A DNA stretch of 64,000 nt from Chloroflexota bacterium. GTDB lineage: Bacteria > Chloroflexota > Limnocylindria > Limnocylindrales > CSP1-4. This document shows, piece after piece, positions 49,109 to 60,600 of the stretch (its first letter is position 1; every line of letters starts with the position of its first letter). Under the pieces are notes generated by a model that did not search any database, had not been told where the DNA came from, and saw nothing but the letters and a program-made list of their open reading frames with translations. The stretch is taken from positions 121,818-185,817 of the forward strand of contig CAKKPP010000004.1 of NCBI GenBank assembly GCA_919901745.1, read 5' to 3'. Both the position numbers and the translations under genes were made by a program.

Positions 49109-49981
49109 TCAGGTGCTGCCTGGTGGACCTGGCGCATCGCGCCCGAGACCCAGTCGATGGGCCACGGCGGCCGCCTCGACCCGCGACCGGACGTCGAGCT
49201 TGCCCATGATGTTCGACACGTGGACACTTGCCGTCTTTCGGCTGATGAACAGCACGTCGCCGATCTGCTGGTTCGACCATCCACCCGCGACGAGATGCAG
49301 GACCTCGAGTTCCCGCTCCGTGAATCCATAGGTGGCCGAGGCACCATCAGCGGCGACCGGCACGGTCTCGTTGAGGCTCCGATCTTCCTTCGGATCGAGT
49401 TCGATCCGGGCGTGTCGCGCCAGGAGCCGGACCGCCTCGCCGAGCGGCTCAGCGCCGAGCGTGCGAGCTGTGACATCCGCTGCACGTAGGGCAGCCTCGG
49501 CGGCATGGCGATCGCCCCGCGCCGCGAGGATCGACTCGGCCTCGCGGAAGCGCGCGTAGGCCTCCGGGAACGGACGTCCCGCCGAGGCCCATGCCGCGGC
49601 CACGCCCGCCCAGTCTGCCGGTGTGTCGGCGCGCTCGACGCGTCGCGCCTCGGCCGCGCAAAGCGACGCCAGACCCTGTCCACGCGAGCTGCCCGACACG
49701 ATCGCCTGCGTGGCAGGATCGGCGCGCGCGTGATCGAGAGCCGCGACGATCGCGGCCGCGCGTCTTCGCGCCATCTCAAGGGCGGGTTCGTCGCGGCGCG
49801 CGCGAGCCGTCGCGGCACCATCGGCCTCCGCGCGCAGGCCGAGGGCCGCGAGCCACGCGAGCGACGGATCCGGTGGGCCGGCGGGTTCGGCCATGCCACT
49901 GACGGTATCGATGATCGCCCGCACGTCCGCGACTCTCCCTTGCCAGATCGCCACTTCGGCCGACGCCGCCAGCACGTTCAT
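49109..49981 (-). CDS. LuxR/GerE-HTH protein with helical N-domain resembling the C-terminal third of LAL-type regulators
   Basis: C-terminal FTERELEVLHLVAGGWSNQQIGDVLFISRKTASVHVSNIMGKLDV is a canonical LuxR HTH. ATG 49981 (MNVLAAS) overlaps the stop of the upstream ECF sigma (ATGA). Confidence 0.7.
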   Translation of the reverse strand: MNVLAASAEVAIWQGRVADVRAIIDTVSGMAEPAGPPDPSLAWLAALGLRAEADGAATARARRDEPALEMARRRAAAIVAALDHARADPATQAIVSGSSRGQGLASLCAAEARRVERADTPADWAGVAAAWASAGRPFPEAYARFREAESILAARGDRHAAEAALRAADVTARTLGAEPLGEAVRLLARHARIELDPKEDRSLNETVPVAADGASATYGFTERELEVLHLVAGGWSNQQIGDVLFISRKTASVHVSNIMGKLDVRSRVEAAAVAHRLGLGRDAPGPPGST

Positions 49982-50520
49982 CCGGAACTCGGAGGTGCCG
50001 AGGGAAGGTGTACCCGCAGTCGGGCCCGAGCCCGGCAGAGGAGGGTTCGCGTTGCGCCGTCGCTGCGGCCGAGATGGCGGGCGATCTCGGGGCCCCGATG
50101 GCCGCGGGCGGCCAGGACGACCGCCTCGCGGTCCGCGTCGGGGAGCTCGGCGAGCGCACCGGTCAGAAGGCCTCGGACCTCGTCGTCGACGGCCCATGCC
50201 TCGGGACCGGGAACAGACTGCGGAAGGGGCAGGCGGTCGGCGTTGCGGTCGGCAACCGTGAGGCGCCGACCTCGACTCGTCGCGAGATTGAGCGCGACAC
50301 GATGGAGCCACGCGGCGGGATCGTCCGGAGCGCGGCCGGCGCGGATCTCCCGGACGAGGCGGGCGAACGCCTCCTGCGCGATGTCCTTGGCGGCATCGGC
50401 ATCGCGAGTACGGCCGGTCAGCCACCTGCGAAGCGGCTGGAACTGCGTGACAAAGACGGTTTCGATGTCGGCGGCGCCCGACGATCCCGCGTTCGAGATC
50501 GCGATGACGGATGCGTCCAC
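49978..50520 (-). CDS. ECF-type sigma-70 family sigma factor
   Basis: Region 2 (DIAQEAFARLVREI...WLHRVALNLA) and region 4 (DREAVVLAARGHRGPEIARHLGRSDGATRTLLCRAR). Confidence 0.75.
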   Translation of the reverse strand: MDASVIAISNAGSSGAADIETVFVTQFQPLRRWLTGRTRDADAAKDIAQEAFARLVREIRAGRAPDDPAAWLHRVALNLATSRGRRLTVADRNADRLPLPQSVPGPEAWAVDDEVRGLLTGALAELPDADREAVVLAARGHRGPEIARHLGRSDGATRTLLCRARARLRVHLPSAPPSSG

Positions 50521-50920
50521 GACGGTGCCTCCCAGCGATGTCCGGCTGATGCCGGTGCCGGGAGCGTCCTTCTAAGGTGGCCGGCGGTGGATGGGACGCG
50601 AGCCCATGATTGCCGTGCCCAGCGGCTCATTTGTCGGTTGACGTGACGGCCCCAGCGCGCGCGTCGAGCACGCGTCGAGCACGCCTTGTGCGGGAGGCGC
50701 ACCAAGCGGCGGAATTCAGGCCAATTCGGTACGGGGCCACGCTTCGAGAACCGCCTGCATGGGGTCCATTCCGGCGATCTGCTGCGTGATGCGCACGCAC
50801 CGGCTTCGTCGTCCGACGCGGCGGTTGTCCCTCGATCCGTGGGCCGACTGCTACTTCCCATCGAGGGAACGACGAACCCCCGACGGTTGCCCGACGGGGG
50901 TCGACGCGGAGTTCAGGGAC

Positions 50921-50995
<75 letters not shown>

Positions 50996-51095
50996 GCGAG
51001 CGGCGATGGTACCGCAGGTTGCGCGCAAGCCGCATCCATCACCCCGCCGCGAGACGGGCCCGCGGCCTCGGGCCCGCGGGGCTCGGGGGGGTGGA

Positions 51096-52628
51096 TCAGT
51101 CGGGGGGGGTGGCGATCTGGGCGCGGTGCAGCTTGCCGGAGAAGTCGACATAGATCGACTTCCACTCGAGATACGTGTCGAGCGCGGCGTGGCCCGCCTC
51201 ACGGTGGCCGTTGCCGGTCTCCTTCCAGCCACCGAACGGGAGGTGCGTTTCGGCGCCGGTGGTCCCGGCGTTGATGTAGACGATCCCCGTCTCGAAGTCG
51301 CGCATCGCCCGGAAGGCCGCGTTGGCGTCACTCGTGAAGATCGATGACGAAAGCCCGTACCGAGTCTGGTTCAGCGCGATGACGGCAGCGTCGTAGCCGT
51401 CCACCGGGATGACCGACAGGACCGGCCCGAAGATCTCTTCCTGGCCGATCCGGTCCATCGGGCGAACACCGGAGAAGATCGTCGGGGCGAAGAAGTGCCC
51501 GTGGGCGAGGTCGCCCGCGGTCGCTCGCTCGCCGCCGACGATCAGCTCGCCTTCCGAGCGGCCGATATCGATGTAACCGGCGACCTTGTCGACCGCGCCG
51601 GCGTTGATGAGCGGACCGACATCGACGCTGGGATCCGCGCCGGAACCCAGCCGGAGCGCCCGAGCCCGCGTTTCCAGCCGTCCGAGCAACCGATCGACGA
51701 CCGTGCGATCGACGATCACTCGCGAGCAGGCGGTGCAGCGCTGACCAGTCGTCCCGAACGCCGACCAGAGGATGCCGTCCGTCGCCAGGTCGAGATCCGC
51801 GTCGGCGAGGACGACGACGCCGTTCTTGCCGCCAAGCTCCAGGGACAGTCGCTTGAGGCGCCGCCCGGCCCGTTCGGCGATGTGCTTGCCGGTCGCCGAT
51901 GAGCCCGTGAAGGAGATCACCGCGACGTCCGGCGACTCGACGATCGCGTCGCCCACCTCCGCGCCGGAGCCGGTCACGAGGTTGACGGTCCCGGGCGGGA
52001 ACCCAGCCTCGGCCATGAGCTCCACGAGGAGCGTCGCGCAGTGCGGCGTGTCGCTGGCCGGCTTGAACACGACGGTGTTCCCGGCCACGAGGGCCGGCAT
52101 CATCTTCCAGCACGGGATCGCGATCGGGAAGTTCCACGGCGTGATGATCCCGGCGACCCCGATCGGTTGGCGGATGCTCATCGCCCACTTGTCGGGCAGC
52201 TCCGAGGGAACGGTGTCGCCGAACATCCGCCGCCCCTCGCCGGCCATCAGGAAGGCGATGTCGATGCCCTCCTGGACGTCGCCGCGGGCCTCCGCGATGA
52301 CCTTGCCCATCTCGCGGGTCATCGCCTGCGCGAGGCGCTCCTTGTGCTGCGCCATGAGCTGACCGAAGGCGTACAGGATCTCGCCGCGCTTCGGGGCGGG
52401 CATCGCCCGCCACACAGGGAAGGCAGTCTCCGCCGCGCGGATCGCCCGCGCGGCGTCCGCGGCGGTGCCGGCCTGGAAGCGTCCGATGAGATCGCGCCTA
52501 TCGGCTGGATTGCGGCTCTCGAACGTCTGGCCGCCCGTGGACTCCACCCATTCCCCGCCGATGAACAGGCCGAACGTGGGGACGCCCTGTCGGGTCAGCG
52601 CGGCGGCGGCCGTTGCGATCTCAGCCAT
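51096..52628 (-). CDS. NAD(P)-dependent aldehyde dehydrogenase
   Basis: ALDH glutamate/cysteine motifs (LELGGKNG; FGTTGQRCTACSR). 510 aa. Confidence 0.85.
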   Translation of the reverse strand: MAEIATAAAALTRQGVPTFGLFIGGEWVESTGGQTFESRNPADRRDLIGRFQAGTAADAARAIRAAETAFPVWRAMPAPKRGEILYAFGQLMAQHKERLAQAMTREMGKVIAEARGDVQEGIDIAFLMAGEGRRMFGDTVPSELPDKWAMSIRQPIGVAGIITPWNFPIAIPCWKMMPALVAGNTVVFKPASDTPHCATLLVELMAEAGFPPGTVNLVTGSGAEVGDAIVESPDVAVISFTGSSATGKHIAERAGRRLKRLSLELGGKNGVVVLADADLDLATDGILWSAFGTTGQRCTACSRVIVDRTVVDRLLGRLETRARALRLGSGADPSVDVGPLINAGAVDKVAGYIDIGRSEGELIVGGERATAGDLAHGHFFAPTIFSGVRPMDRIGQEEIFGPVLSVIPVDGYDAAVIALNQTRYGLSSSIFTSDANAAFRAMRDFETGIVYINAGTTGAETHLPFGGWKETGNGHREAGHAALDTYLEWKSIYVDFSGKLHRAQIATPPD

Positions 52629-52652
52629 CGGTCGTTGTTCTCCCCAGTGTCG

Positions 52653-53888
52653 CTAGACGCGCTCGAACGCCATGGCGACGGAGCCACCGCCGCCCAGGCA
52701 GAGCGTGGCGAGACCATAACGGCCTTCGCGGCGGCGGAGCTCGTGAAGTAATGTCGCCACGATCCGGGCACCGCTGGCCCCGATCGGGTGCCCCAGGGCG
52801 ATTGCTCCGCCGTTCACGTTGACGCGATCCCAGTCGAACCCGAGCTCGTTGCCGTCGGCCAGCGTCTGCGCGGCGAACGCCTCGTTGATCTCGATCAGAT
52901 CGAAGGCGTCGATCGTCATGTCGATGCGCTCCAGCAGACGCCGGACACCGGTGATCGGCGCGAGAAACAGCCACTTTGGCGCGACCTCGGCCTGGGCGTA
53001 GCCGACGATCCGGGCGAGGGGCTTGAGGCCGAGGCGTTCGACAGCGCGCTCACTTGCAACGACCGTCGCGGCGGCCCCGTCCGTGATCCCGGGTGCGTTC
53101 CCGGCCGTCACGGTGCCCGTCTCCGCGTCGCCGGCGTCGTCGCCCTCGGGTAGATCGAAGACCGGCCTGAGGCGAGCCAGGGCCTCAAGGGAGGTGTCGC
53201 GCCGCGGACCCTCGTCCTCCGAAACGACCGTTTCGCGACCCTTCGCGTCGCGGATCGTGACTGGGGCCATCTCGGCGGCGTACCGGCCGGCATCCATCGC
53301 GGCAATCGCCCGCTGGTGGCTCGTGACCGCGAAGGCGTCCTGCGCCTCGCGCGACACGGTGTTGCTGATCGCGACCCGCTCAGCGTGCGTACCCATGTGG
53401 CAGCCCTCGACGCTGCACCACAGCCCGTCGAGGACCGTCGCGTCCTGGACGATCCCGTCCCCGAGCCGATACCCGAACCGGGCCTTCGGCAGGAGGAACG
53501 GCGCCAGGTTCATGCTCTCCATCCCGCCCGCGACGGCGACCTCCGCGTCGCCGGCCCGGATCTCGGCGGCGGCGAGCATGATCGCCTTCAGGCCGGAGCC
53601 ACAGACGCGATTGATCGTCGTGGCGCTCGTCGTGTCCGGGAGGCCGCCGCGCAGGGCCGCCTGGCGAGCCGGCGCCTGCCCGGCGCCGGCCTGGATGACC
53701 TGGCCCATGAGGACCTCGTCGATCGGCGTCCCGTCGGGCAGCGCCGCCCGCTCGAGGGCTGCGCGAATCGCGACGCCCCCGAGCTCCACCGCGGGCGTGG
53801 TCGAGAGGGCACCGCCGAACTTGCCGATGGGCGTTCGTGCGGCGCTGACGATGAAGACGTCGCCATCGGCGCCGGCGGCGGCGTTCAT
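52653..53888 (-). CDS. Acetyl-CoA C-acetyltransferase (thiolase II)
   Basis: N-terminus VFIVSAARTPIGKFGG. Catalytic Cys regions (NRVCGSGL; GHPIGASG; LCLGGG). ATG 53888. Confidence 0.85.
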   Translation of the reverse strand: MNAAAGADGDVFIVSAARTPIGKFGGALSTTPAVELGGVAIRAALERAALPDGTPIDEVLMGQVIQAGAGQAPARQAALRGGLPDTTSATTINRVCGSGLKAIMLAAAEIRAGDAEVAVAGGMESMNLAPFLLPKARFGYRLGDGIVQDATVLDGLWCSVEGCHMGTHAERVAISNTVSREAQDAFAVTSHQRAIAAMDAGRYAAEMAPVTIRDAKGRETVVSEDEGPRRDTSLEALARLRPVFDLPEGDDAGDAETGTVTAGNAPGITDGAAATVVASERAVERLGLKPLARIVGYAQAEVAPKWLFLAPITGVRRLLERIDMTIDAFDLIEINEAFAAQTLADGNELGFDWDRVNVNGGAIALGHPIGASGARIVATLLHELRRREGRYGLATLCLGGGGSVAMAFERV

Positions 53889-53984
53889 TCGGCGGATGGT
53901 CGACCGGCTCCTTGGCATCCCGGACCCATGATAGCCGCCGACGACCCCGACCTCAGGCCCGTCGGAGGGTCCCCGACTCCGGCG

Positions 53985-56180
53985 TCAGTGGCACGAGGAG
54001 CTGCCGGAGTCCGTGTAGGTATCACCGGCGATCGGGACGAACTGCCACGCGTACCCCGTCTCTGTCAGATCGAGACGGAGTACCCCAAAGTCCGTCGAGT
54101 TGCGGGCCTCGCTGTTGGGATGGATCGAGTTGAAACTGACCAGGCTCCGGCCGCCGGTCCCCACGGTGAACTGGCGGATCCCGTTGGCGACGTCCAGTGT
54201 CCCGTTCGGTTGCATCGGCGCGAACCGTTCGTAGACGTGGTCGTGCGCGGACAGCACGACATCAGCGCCGTAGTCCTGGAGTGCCTGCCAGAAGGCCGTG
54301 TAGGTGGAGCTGCCACCAGCGCCAGCCGAGCTGAACCTGGGTCGGTGCCAGTACGCGAGCGTGCACGCCGCCGGATTGGCAGCGAGGTCGGCCCGGAGCC
54401 AGGTCTCCTGCGTGGAGCCCGCCCCACAGCCGCCGACCTGTGAGCACTCGGTGTTGAGGACGATCACGTGCCACGCGCCGACGTTGTAGCTGTAGTAGCC
54501 GGTCCCGGGACTCCCGGCCGCCGCCCCGAAGTAGTTGAAGTAACCGGACGCGCCAGACGTGCCGTACTCGTGGTTGCCGGTTGCCGGTCGGGTCCGGGCC
54601 TTGTGCCGGCCCCACGAGGGTTCGTAGCAGTCCGCGAACTCCTGGGCCGTGCCGTTCTCGTACACGTTGTCGCCGATCGTGTACACCGTGCCGCCGATGC
54701 TGTCCAGGAGGTTGGCGGTCGCCTCGTCTCCGGACTGTCCGCAGGTGGCGATGTCGCCTGCACCGACGAGGATGGCCCCACCCGGCGGCGGCGTCGGCGC
54801 GGGCTGCACCACCACGGCGCCGGACACCAGCTTGCTGTTGGAACCCGAACCATTCGAGACCGTCAGCCTGACGTTGTAGGTCCCGGGGGTCCCGTACGAG
54901 AACGACGGATTCCGGACCGTCGAGTCCGCGACGCCGTCGTCCTGGAAGTCCCAGGTCCACGACGTCGGCCCGCCGCTCGAGAGATCGGTGAACTGGACCA
55001 GCAGTGGAGCCACGCCGGTTGTCGGAGTGGCGCTGAAGTCGGCCGTCGGAGCCGAAGCCGCGCCCTGGTCAACGATGAGCTGTGGCGGACTCTGGCTCTC
55101 GCGGGTCGCGTAGTAGGCGCTGTTGGAGCCGCCATCGGCAATCCCGAAGCTGACCGTCCCGTCGCCGACGATCGATGATGGGGAGAGGGTGATCTCGGCC
55201 CAGGTCCCCACGTTGACGTTTCCGGCGGCTCCAACCGGTGCGCCGCTGATCGCCGGCGCGGTATTCCATGTCAGGGATCCCTCGGTCCAGCTGTCGGCGA
55301 CACGGTAGACGTTCCCGCCGTCGGGGCTTGGATCGTCCACCCACAGGCGAAGGGTGACCGCCGTCGGCGTCGCGGTCAGGCCGGCCACCACGAACTGGAC
55401 GAACGAGCGTGCGATCGCAGTTCCGCTGTCGCGGACGCGCATCGAGGTCGATCCGCCGTAGTTCGATGTGGGGTACGAGTTCTGAACCTGGCCGTCGGCA
55501 GCGGGTTCGAAGACGAGAACCGGTCCCGGGGTCGGGGTGGGCGTTGGTGTTGGCGTCGGGGTCGGGGTCGGGGTGGGCGTTGGTGTTGACGTCGGTTCGT
55601 CAACAGCGACGACCAGCTCCGGCGCATTGATGCCCTCGCGGGTACTGAAGTAGACCGAGTTCGAGCTGGTGCTCGCGATGGCGAAGCTGTACGTGCCGTC
55701 GGCAGGCACGGCTCCCGGACCGAGCTCGAGTTCGATCCAGGTTCCGGAGCTCACTCGGCCTGCACTCGCGAGTGGCGCGCCTCCGACCGGCGGCGCGCTC
55801 GCCCACGTGAGGTTCAACTCCGTCCAGGTGCTGGCAACGGCATAGACGCTCCCGCCGTCGGGGCTGCCATCCGTCACGAACAGCCGCAGGCGCACCGATG
55901 ACGGCGTCCCGGAGAGTCCGGCAACCACGAACTGGACGAACGAGCGTGCGACCCCACCGCCGCTCGACCGCGCGCGCATGGTGGTCAGCGTGCCGTAGTT
56001 CCTGGTTGGGTAGCCGTCCTGGACCTGCGCGTCACCCGCGGACGGGTATGCGACGGGACCGGCGGCCTCGACGAGCGTGCTGGGTGTCCAGGCGGCAGCG
56101 CCGACGAGGAGTGCCACAACCGGGACCAGCCGGCGCAGCTCCACTCGCAGGACTCGGCGGCGGGTGGGTCGCTGGCTCAT
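53985..56180 (-). CDS. Secreted multidomain protein: two tandem beta-sandwich (DNRLRE/CBM-like) domains + PKD domain + calcineurin-like metallophosphoesterase
   Basis: Signal peptide. Two paralogous ~170-aa modules (NYG..T.MR.R....ARSFVQFVVAGL). (TP)9 linker at DNA 55540-55600. PKD (VQFTDLS...WTWDFQDDG...YNVRLTVSNGSG). Phosphoesterase motifs GDIATC, GDNVYENG, GNHEY, AHDHVYERF. Confidence 0.7.
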   Translation of the reverse strand: MSQRPTRRRVLRVELRRLVPVVALLVGAAAWTPSTLVEAAGPVAYPSAGDAQVQDGYPTRNYGTLTTMRARSSGGGVARSFVQFVVAGLSGTPSSVRLRLFVTDGSPDGGSVYAVASTWTELNLTWASAPPVGGAPLASAGRVSSGTWIELELGPGAVPADGTYSFAIASTSSNSVYFSTREGINAPELVVAVDEPTSTPTPTPTPTPTPTPTPTPTPGPVLVFEPAADGQVQNSYPTSNYGGSTSMRVRDSGTAIARSFVQFVVAGLTATPTAVTLRLWVDDPSPDGGNVYRVADSWTEGSLTWNTAPAISGAPVGAAGNVNVGTWAEITLSPSSIVGDGTVSFGIADGGSNSAYYATRESQSPPQLIVDQGAASAPTADFSATPTTGVAPLLVQFTDLSSGGPTSWTWDFQDDGVADSTVRNPSFSYGTPGTYNVRLTVSNGSGSNSKLVSGAVVVQPAPTPPPGGAILVGAGDIATCGQSGDEATANLLDSIGGTVYTIGDNVYENGTAQEFADCYEPSWGRHKARTRPATGNHEYGTSGASGYFNYFGAAAGSPGTGYYSYNVGAWHVIVLNTECSQVGGCGAGSTQETWLRADLAANPAACTLAYWHRPRFSSAGAGGSSTYTAFWQALQDYGADVVLSAHDHVYERFAPMQPNGTLDVANGIRQFTVGTGGRSLVSFNSIHPNSEARNSTDFGVLRLDLTETGYAWQFVPIAGDTYTDSGSSSCH

Positions 56181-56329
56181 CCGACGGGCGAACTCGGGAG
56201 CGGGCAGGTCACTTCAAGTGGTCGTCCTGGCGACAGACTGGCGTCCTCCCGAGCCTACCATCCTTCGCAACCCCCCCTCCTGCGCACACCGAGCGCGCCA
56301 TGGCGATGGCACAAGCCCAAGCGGCAGCC

Positions 56330-57520
56330 TCAACCGGCCCGAGCCCGGGCGAGGACCTCGTCGGCGACGATCACCCGATGGATCTGATTGGTTCCCTCGT
56401 AGATCTGGGCACCCTTGGCGTCGCGCAGCAGCCGCTCGATCCCGGTCTCCCGCGAGTAGCCGCTGGCGCCGAAGAGTTGGACGGCATCGGTGGTCACGCG
56501 CATCGCGGCATCTGAGGACGTCCACTTTGCGAGCGATGACACCTCTCCCAGCGGTTCTCCGCGATCCTTGGCCGCGGCGGCCTGATGGGTGAGTGCCCGC
56601 GCCGCCGCCACCTCGCGAGCCATCTCCGCGAGCATGAACCGGAGACCCTGCTGCTCGGCCAGCGGCGCCCCGAACGCCCGCCGTTCCAGCAGGTACGCCG
56701 CCGACTGCTCGAGGGCGGAGCGCGCCAGACCCACGCATGCGGCGGCAATCGAGATCCGTCCCTCAGCCAGTGCCGACAGGGCGATCCGGTAGCCATCACC
56801 TTCGGCGCCGAGCCGATCGGCCGACGGCACGACCGCCCCGTCGAACACGAGTTCCGCTGCTGGAGTGGATCGGATCCCCATTTTTCGCTCGTGCGTCCCG
56901 AACCGGAAGCCTGGCGTCCCCTTCCGAACGAGAAACGCGGTGATCGCGTTCGCGCCCTCCGAGGGATCCAGCGTCGCAAACACGAGGTAGTGATCGGCTT
57001 CCGGGGCATTCGTGATCCAGATCTTCGTGCCGTCCAGATGGTAGCCCGCGCCGCCGTCGGCGGCGTCGACCCGCGTCGCGCGGAGGCGAATGGCCGACGC
57101 ATCGCTGCCGGCCGTCGGCTCCGTCAGCGCGAAGGCGCCGAGTGCCTCACCGGCGAGCATCGACGGAAGCCACCGACCTTGCTGCTCCGGAGTACCCCAG
57201 GTCACGATCGGAAACTGGGCGAGGATGTGGACGGACAGCGTCACGGCGCTGGCCATGTCCGCCGCACCCAGCTCTTCCATGGCCAGCGACCATCCGAGGT
57301 ACGAGAACCCGGCACCGCCGACCGCGGTCGGAAACGGCGCACCGGTCAGCCCCAGCTCGCCCATCCGGACGAAGATCGACCGGTCGAACCGCTCCGCCTC
57401 GTCCCGTTCGCCGGCGCTCGGTGCGACCTCCCGCTGTGCGAACTCGCGGGCCGTCGCCTGGAGCAGCCGCTCCTCCTCGCTCAGGTATCCGGCCAGCGTG
57501 AACCTCCCTCTCGGCGTCAT
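56330..57520 (-). CDS. Acyl-CoA dehydrogenase
   Basis: ACAD N/M/C domains (FALTEPTAGSDA; IWITNAPEADHYLVFA; QLFGASGYSRETGIERLLRDAKGAQIYEGTNQIHR). ATG 57520. The longer track ORF (to 59608) is antisense to the kinase gene. Confidence 0.85.
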   Translation of the reverse strand: MTPRGRFTLAGYLSEEERLLQATAREFAQREVAPSAGERDEAERFDRSIFVRMGELGLTGAPFPTAVGGAGFSYLGWSLAMEELGAADMASAVTLSVHILAQFPIVTWGTPEQQGRWLPSMLAGEALGAFALTEPTAGSDASAIRLRATRVDAADGGAGYHLDGTKIWITNAPEADHYLVFATLDPSEGANAITAFLVRKGTPGFRFGTHERKMGIRSTPAAELVFDGAVVPSADRLGAEGDGYRIALSALAEGRISIAAACVGLARSALEQSAAYLLERRAFGAPLAEQQGLRFMLAEMAREVAAARALTHQAAAAKDRGEPLGEVSSLAKWTSSDAAMRVTTDAVQLFGASGYSRETGIERLLRDAKGAQIYEGTNQIHRVIVADEVLARARAG

Positions 57521-57604
57521 CGTGGCCGCCGCGGCGAAAGGTAGGATACGCGCATGCCCGAGCCACGAGCCGCCCGGCGGGCTCGACGCGTCGGAAAGGC
57601 CGAC

Positions 57605-60600
57605 ATGATCGCCGTCCTGGAACTCGTCGCTAGGACGGCCGACGACGCCATCGCCGTCACCGATCTCGATGCGCGGGTTGTCATCTGGAATGCGGCGTCC
57701 GAGCGGCTGTTCGGCATTCCGGCATCGCTGGCCCTGGGCCGGTCGATTTTCGACCTGTCTGAGCCGTTCATCGTGGGTCGCGGGGACGCCCGCGATCCTC
57801 GCCAGACGGCGCTGGCAACGGGATCGTGGCGCGGCCGGCGGATCGAACGGGCTCGGATCGGCCCCAACGCGGGGCGTGAGGTCATCGTCGAGTCCGCGCT
57901 CAGCCGCATCGACGACTCGGATGGCTCGGCAATTGGCGTCATCAGCATCAGACGAGATGTCACGGCCTCGGTCCGCCTGGAACAGGAGCTTGCGGCCCTG
58001 GGAACGCTCGCGACGGCAACCGGGGTCGCGCGGACTCGGGAGGAGGTCGCCGACGGCGCGATCGGGCTTCTGTGCACCGCCACGAGGGCGGATTACGGGG
58101 TGATCATCCGCCATGACGACGGGGCGACCGTCGTCGAGGGCTCGCGCGGAAGCTGGCCTGAACTGGTGACGATCATCGGCGAAGGCGGCCCGGGAGACGC
58201 ACCGATGGCGGCCGCGCTGCGAACCCCCGGGGGGGTGTTGACCGGCACGCTCGAGACCCTCCCGATGCGACCCTCGTCGCGCGATGTGCTTCGCCGTCAC
58301 GGCGTCGCGGCCATGGCCACCGTCGGACTCCATCACCAGGGCGTCCTGACCGGGCGGATTGCGCTGGGCTGGAAGGAGGCGACGGCGGCCCGTCCGTCCG
58401 AGGCGGCACTCGTCCAGGCCGCGGCGCACGTCGAACATGCCCTCGAGAACATCACGCTGGTCGAACGCATCGTCAACCAGGCGAGCTCCGAACGGCGCCA
58501 GACTGCCCAGTTGCGTGCCCTCGACGAATTGACGAAGCTGGGCCAGGAGTCGCAGACCACGGAAGCACTGGCCGGACGATCGGCCCGCCTGATCAACAGC
58601 GCCGTGGGTGCGGTGGGGACGGCGTACGGGCTCATCGACACCGTCGAGCCGGGACGCGGACGCTACGGCACATCCGAGTTCGTCAACCTTCCAGACGCGT
58701 TGTCCCGGCACCTCGAAGGACGATCCTCGCTCGAACGATTGGCCCTCACCCGGTGGCTTTCCGGCGAGGGGAGCTTCGTCCAGGACTGCCCCACCCAGGA
58801 TGGGCTGGACGAGGCCGCAGCAGCCGCAGCGGCCGCGGGATTCCGGAGCCTGGCCGCCATCCCGATTCGGGTGGACGGTCAGCTCGCGGGCGGCATCGTC
58901 GCCTTCTTCGACACCACGCGCGACCAGGTGACGATCGATCAGGGCGGGCTCGATGCCATCGAGCGGACCGTCGGCATCTCGCTGGCCAACCACCGCCTCC
59001 GCGAGCACCTGTCGGCGTCCGAGCGGCGCTATCGGACGCTGTTCGACGAATCGCCCGAGGCTCTGCTGCTCGAGACCTGGACCGGCGAGATCGTCGACGC
59101 CAACGCGGCGGCGCTGCGCACGTTTCGGACGGATCGGGCCGGGCTGGTGGGCCGAGTCGGCTCCGAGGTGACCGGCATGGAGCCGGAGTCGCTGAGGGGG
59201 GCCCACGCGGCCGGAAGGAGCGTGGGTTCGGCGACGATCCGCTCGACGGGAACCGCGATCGACGGCCGGTCGTTCCCGATCGAGCTCGAGATCGCCCCCG
59301 TCGAGATCGATGGAGCGTCGCGCCTCCTCGTCCTCGTGCGCGACCTGTCGATCCAGGCCGAGCTCCAGGCTGAACTCATCCAGGCCCAGAAGATGGATGC
59401 GATCGGGCAGCTCGTGTCCGGCGTCGCCCATGAACTCAACAATCCGCTGGCGGCGATCATCGCGTTCAGCCAGTTGATCCGTCGCGATCCGAACCTGCCG
59501 GACGACCTTCGACGAGACGCCGACGCGCTCAACCAGGAAGCCGATCGAACGCGCCGAATCGTCCAGAACCTGCTCGACTTCGCACGACAGCGCCCCCCGG
59601 AACGGCACCCGACGCGACTCGACGCGCTCGTTCGAACGGTTCTCGAGCTGCAGGCCTACATGCTCTCGACCAATCGCATCGAGGTCACGCTCGACATCCC
59701 CGCCTCGCTGCCGTCGGTCCCGATCGATCGATCACAGCTGCAGCAGGTGCTGCTGAACCTGACCAGGAACGCCGTCCAGGCGGTGGCGTCGGCCGCAGAT
59801 CATGGTCGGATCGCCTTCTCGGCGCGGGAGTTCGACGCCGGCCCCCCGACTGCGACGCGCCGCATGATCCGGCTCGCCGTGACCGACGACGGACCCGGCG
59901 TCAAGGTGGAGCATCGGGATCGCCTGTTTCTGCCGTTCTTCACGACCAAGCCGCCGGGCGAAGGCACCGGCCTGGGCCTGCCGGTTTCGTTCGGTATCGT
60001 GGCGGCCCACAACGGCCACCTTCGATTCGAGCCCGGCCCGGGCGGCCGTGGAGCCACGTTCGTCATCGAGTTGCCCGTCGATGCCGATGCTGCGGGGCCC
60101 GGCCCGGTTCGTGTCAAGGGCAGTGCCCGATCGGAGGAGACGCCTCAGGCGGGTGTCGACCCGCCGGCGGAGATCGGGACGGAGGCCGTCGTCACCAGCT
60201 TGATGTCGAGCGCTCGCGCGGCCGCACCGGCGGCGACGATCCTGGTCCTCGACGACGAGCCGTCGATCCGGCTCCTCCTCTCCAGGATTCTTCGCTCTGC
60301 CGGGCATCGACCGTTGATGGCTGCCGACGGCCCGGAGGCGCTCGCACTCGTGCGGCGCGGTGACGTTCAGGCGGTGCTATGCGACCATCGCATGGCGGGG
60401 ATGAGCGGGATCGATGTCTTCGAGGCCGTCGTGGCGCTCCGTCCGGATCTGGCGACCCGCTTCGTGTTCATGAGCGGCGACGTCCTCAACGCCGAGCTGC
60501 GCGAGTTTGCACACGACCGTGGCATCGGCCTCCTCGCCAAGCCGTTTGACGTCGAAGCCGCCGTGGGCGCCATCGACAACCTGCTGCGGGGCGAGCCGAT

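Noticed and set aside
57521-59608. Upstream 700 codons of the 1092-aa minus-strand ORF 56330..59608
   Set aside because: Only the last 396 codons (from ATG 57520) are acyl-CoA dehydrogenase. The rest is antisense to the hybrid histidine kinase and lacks any motif.
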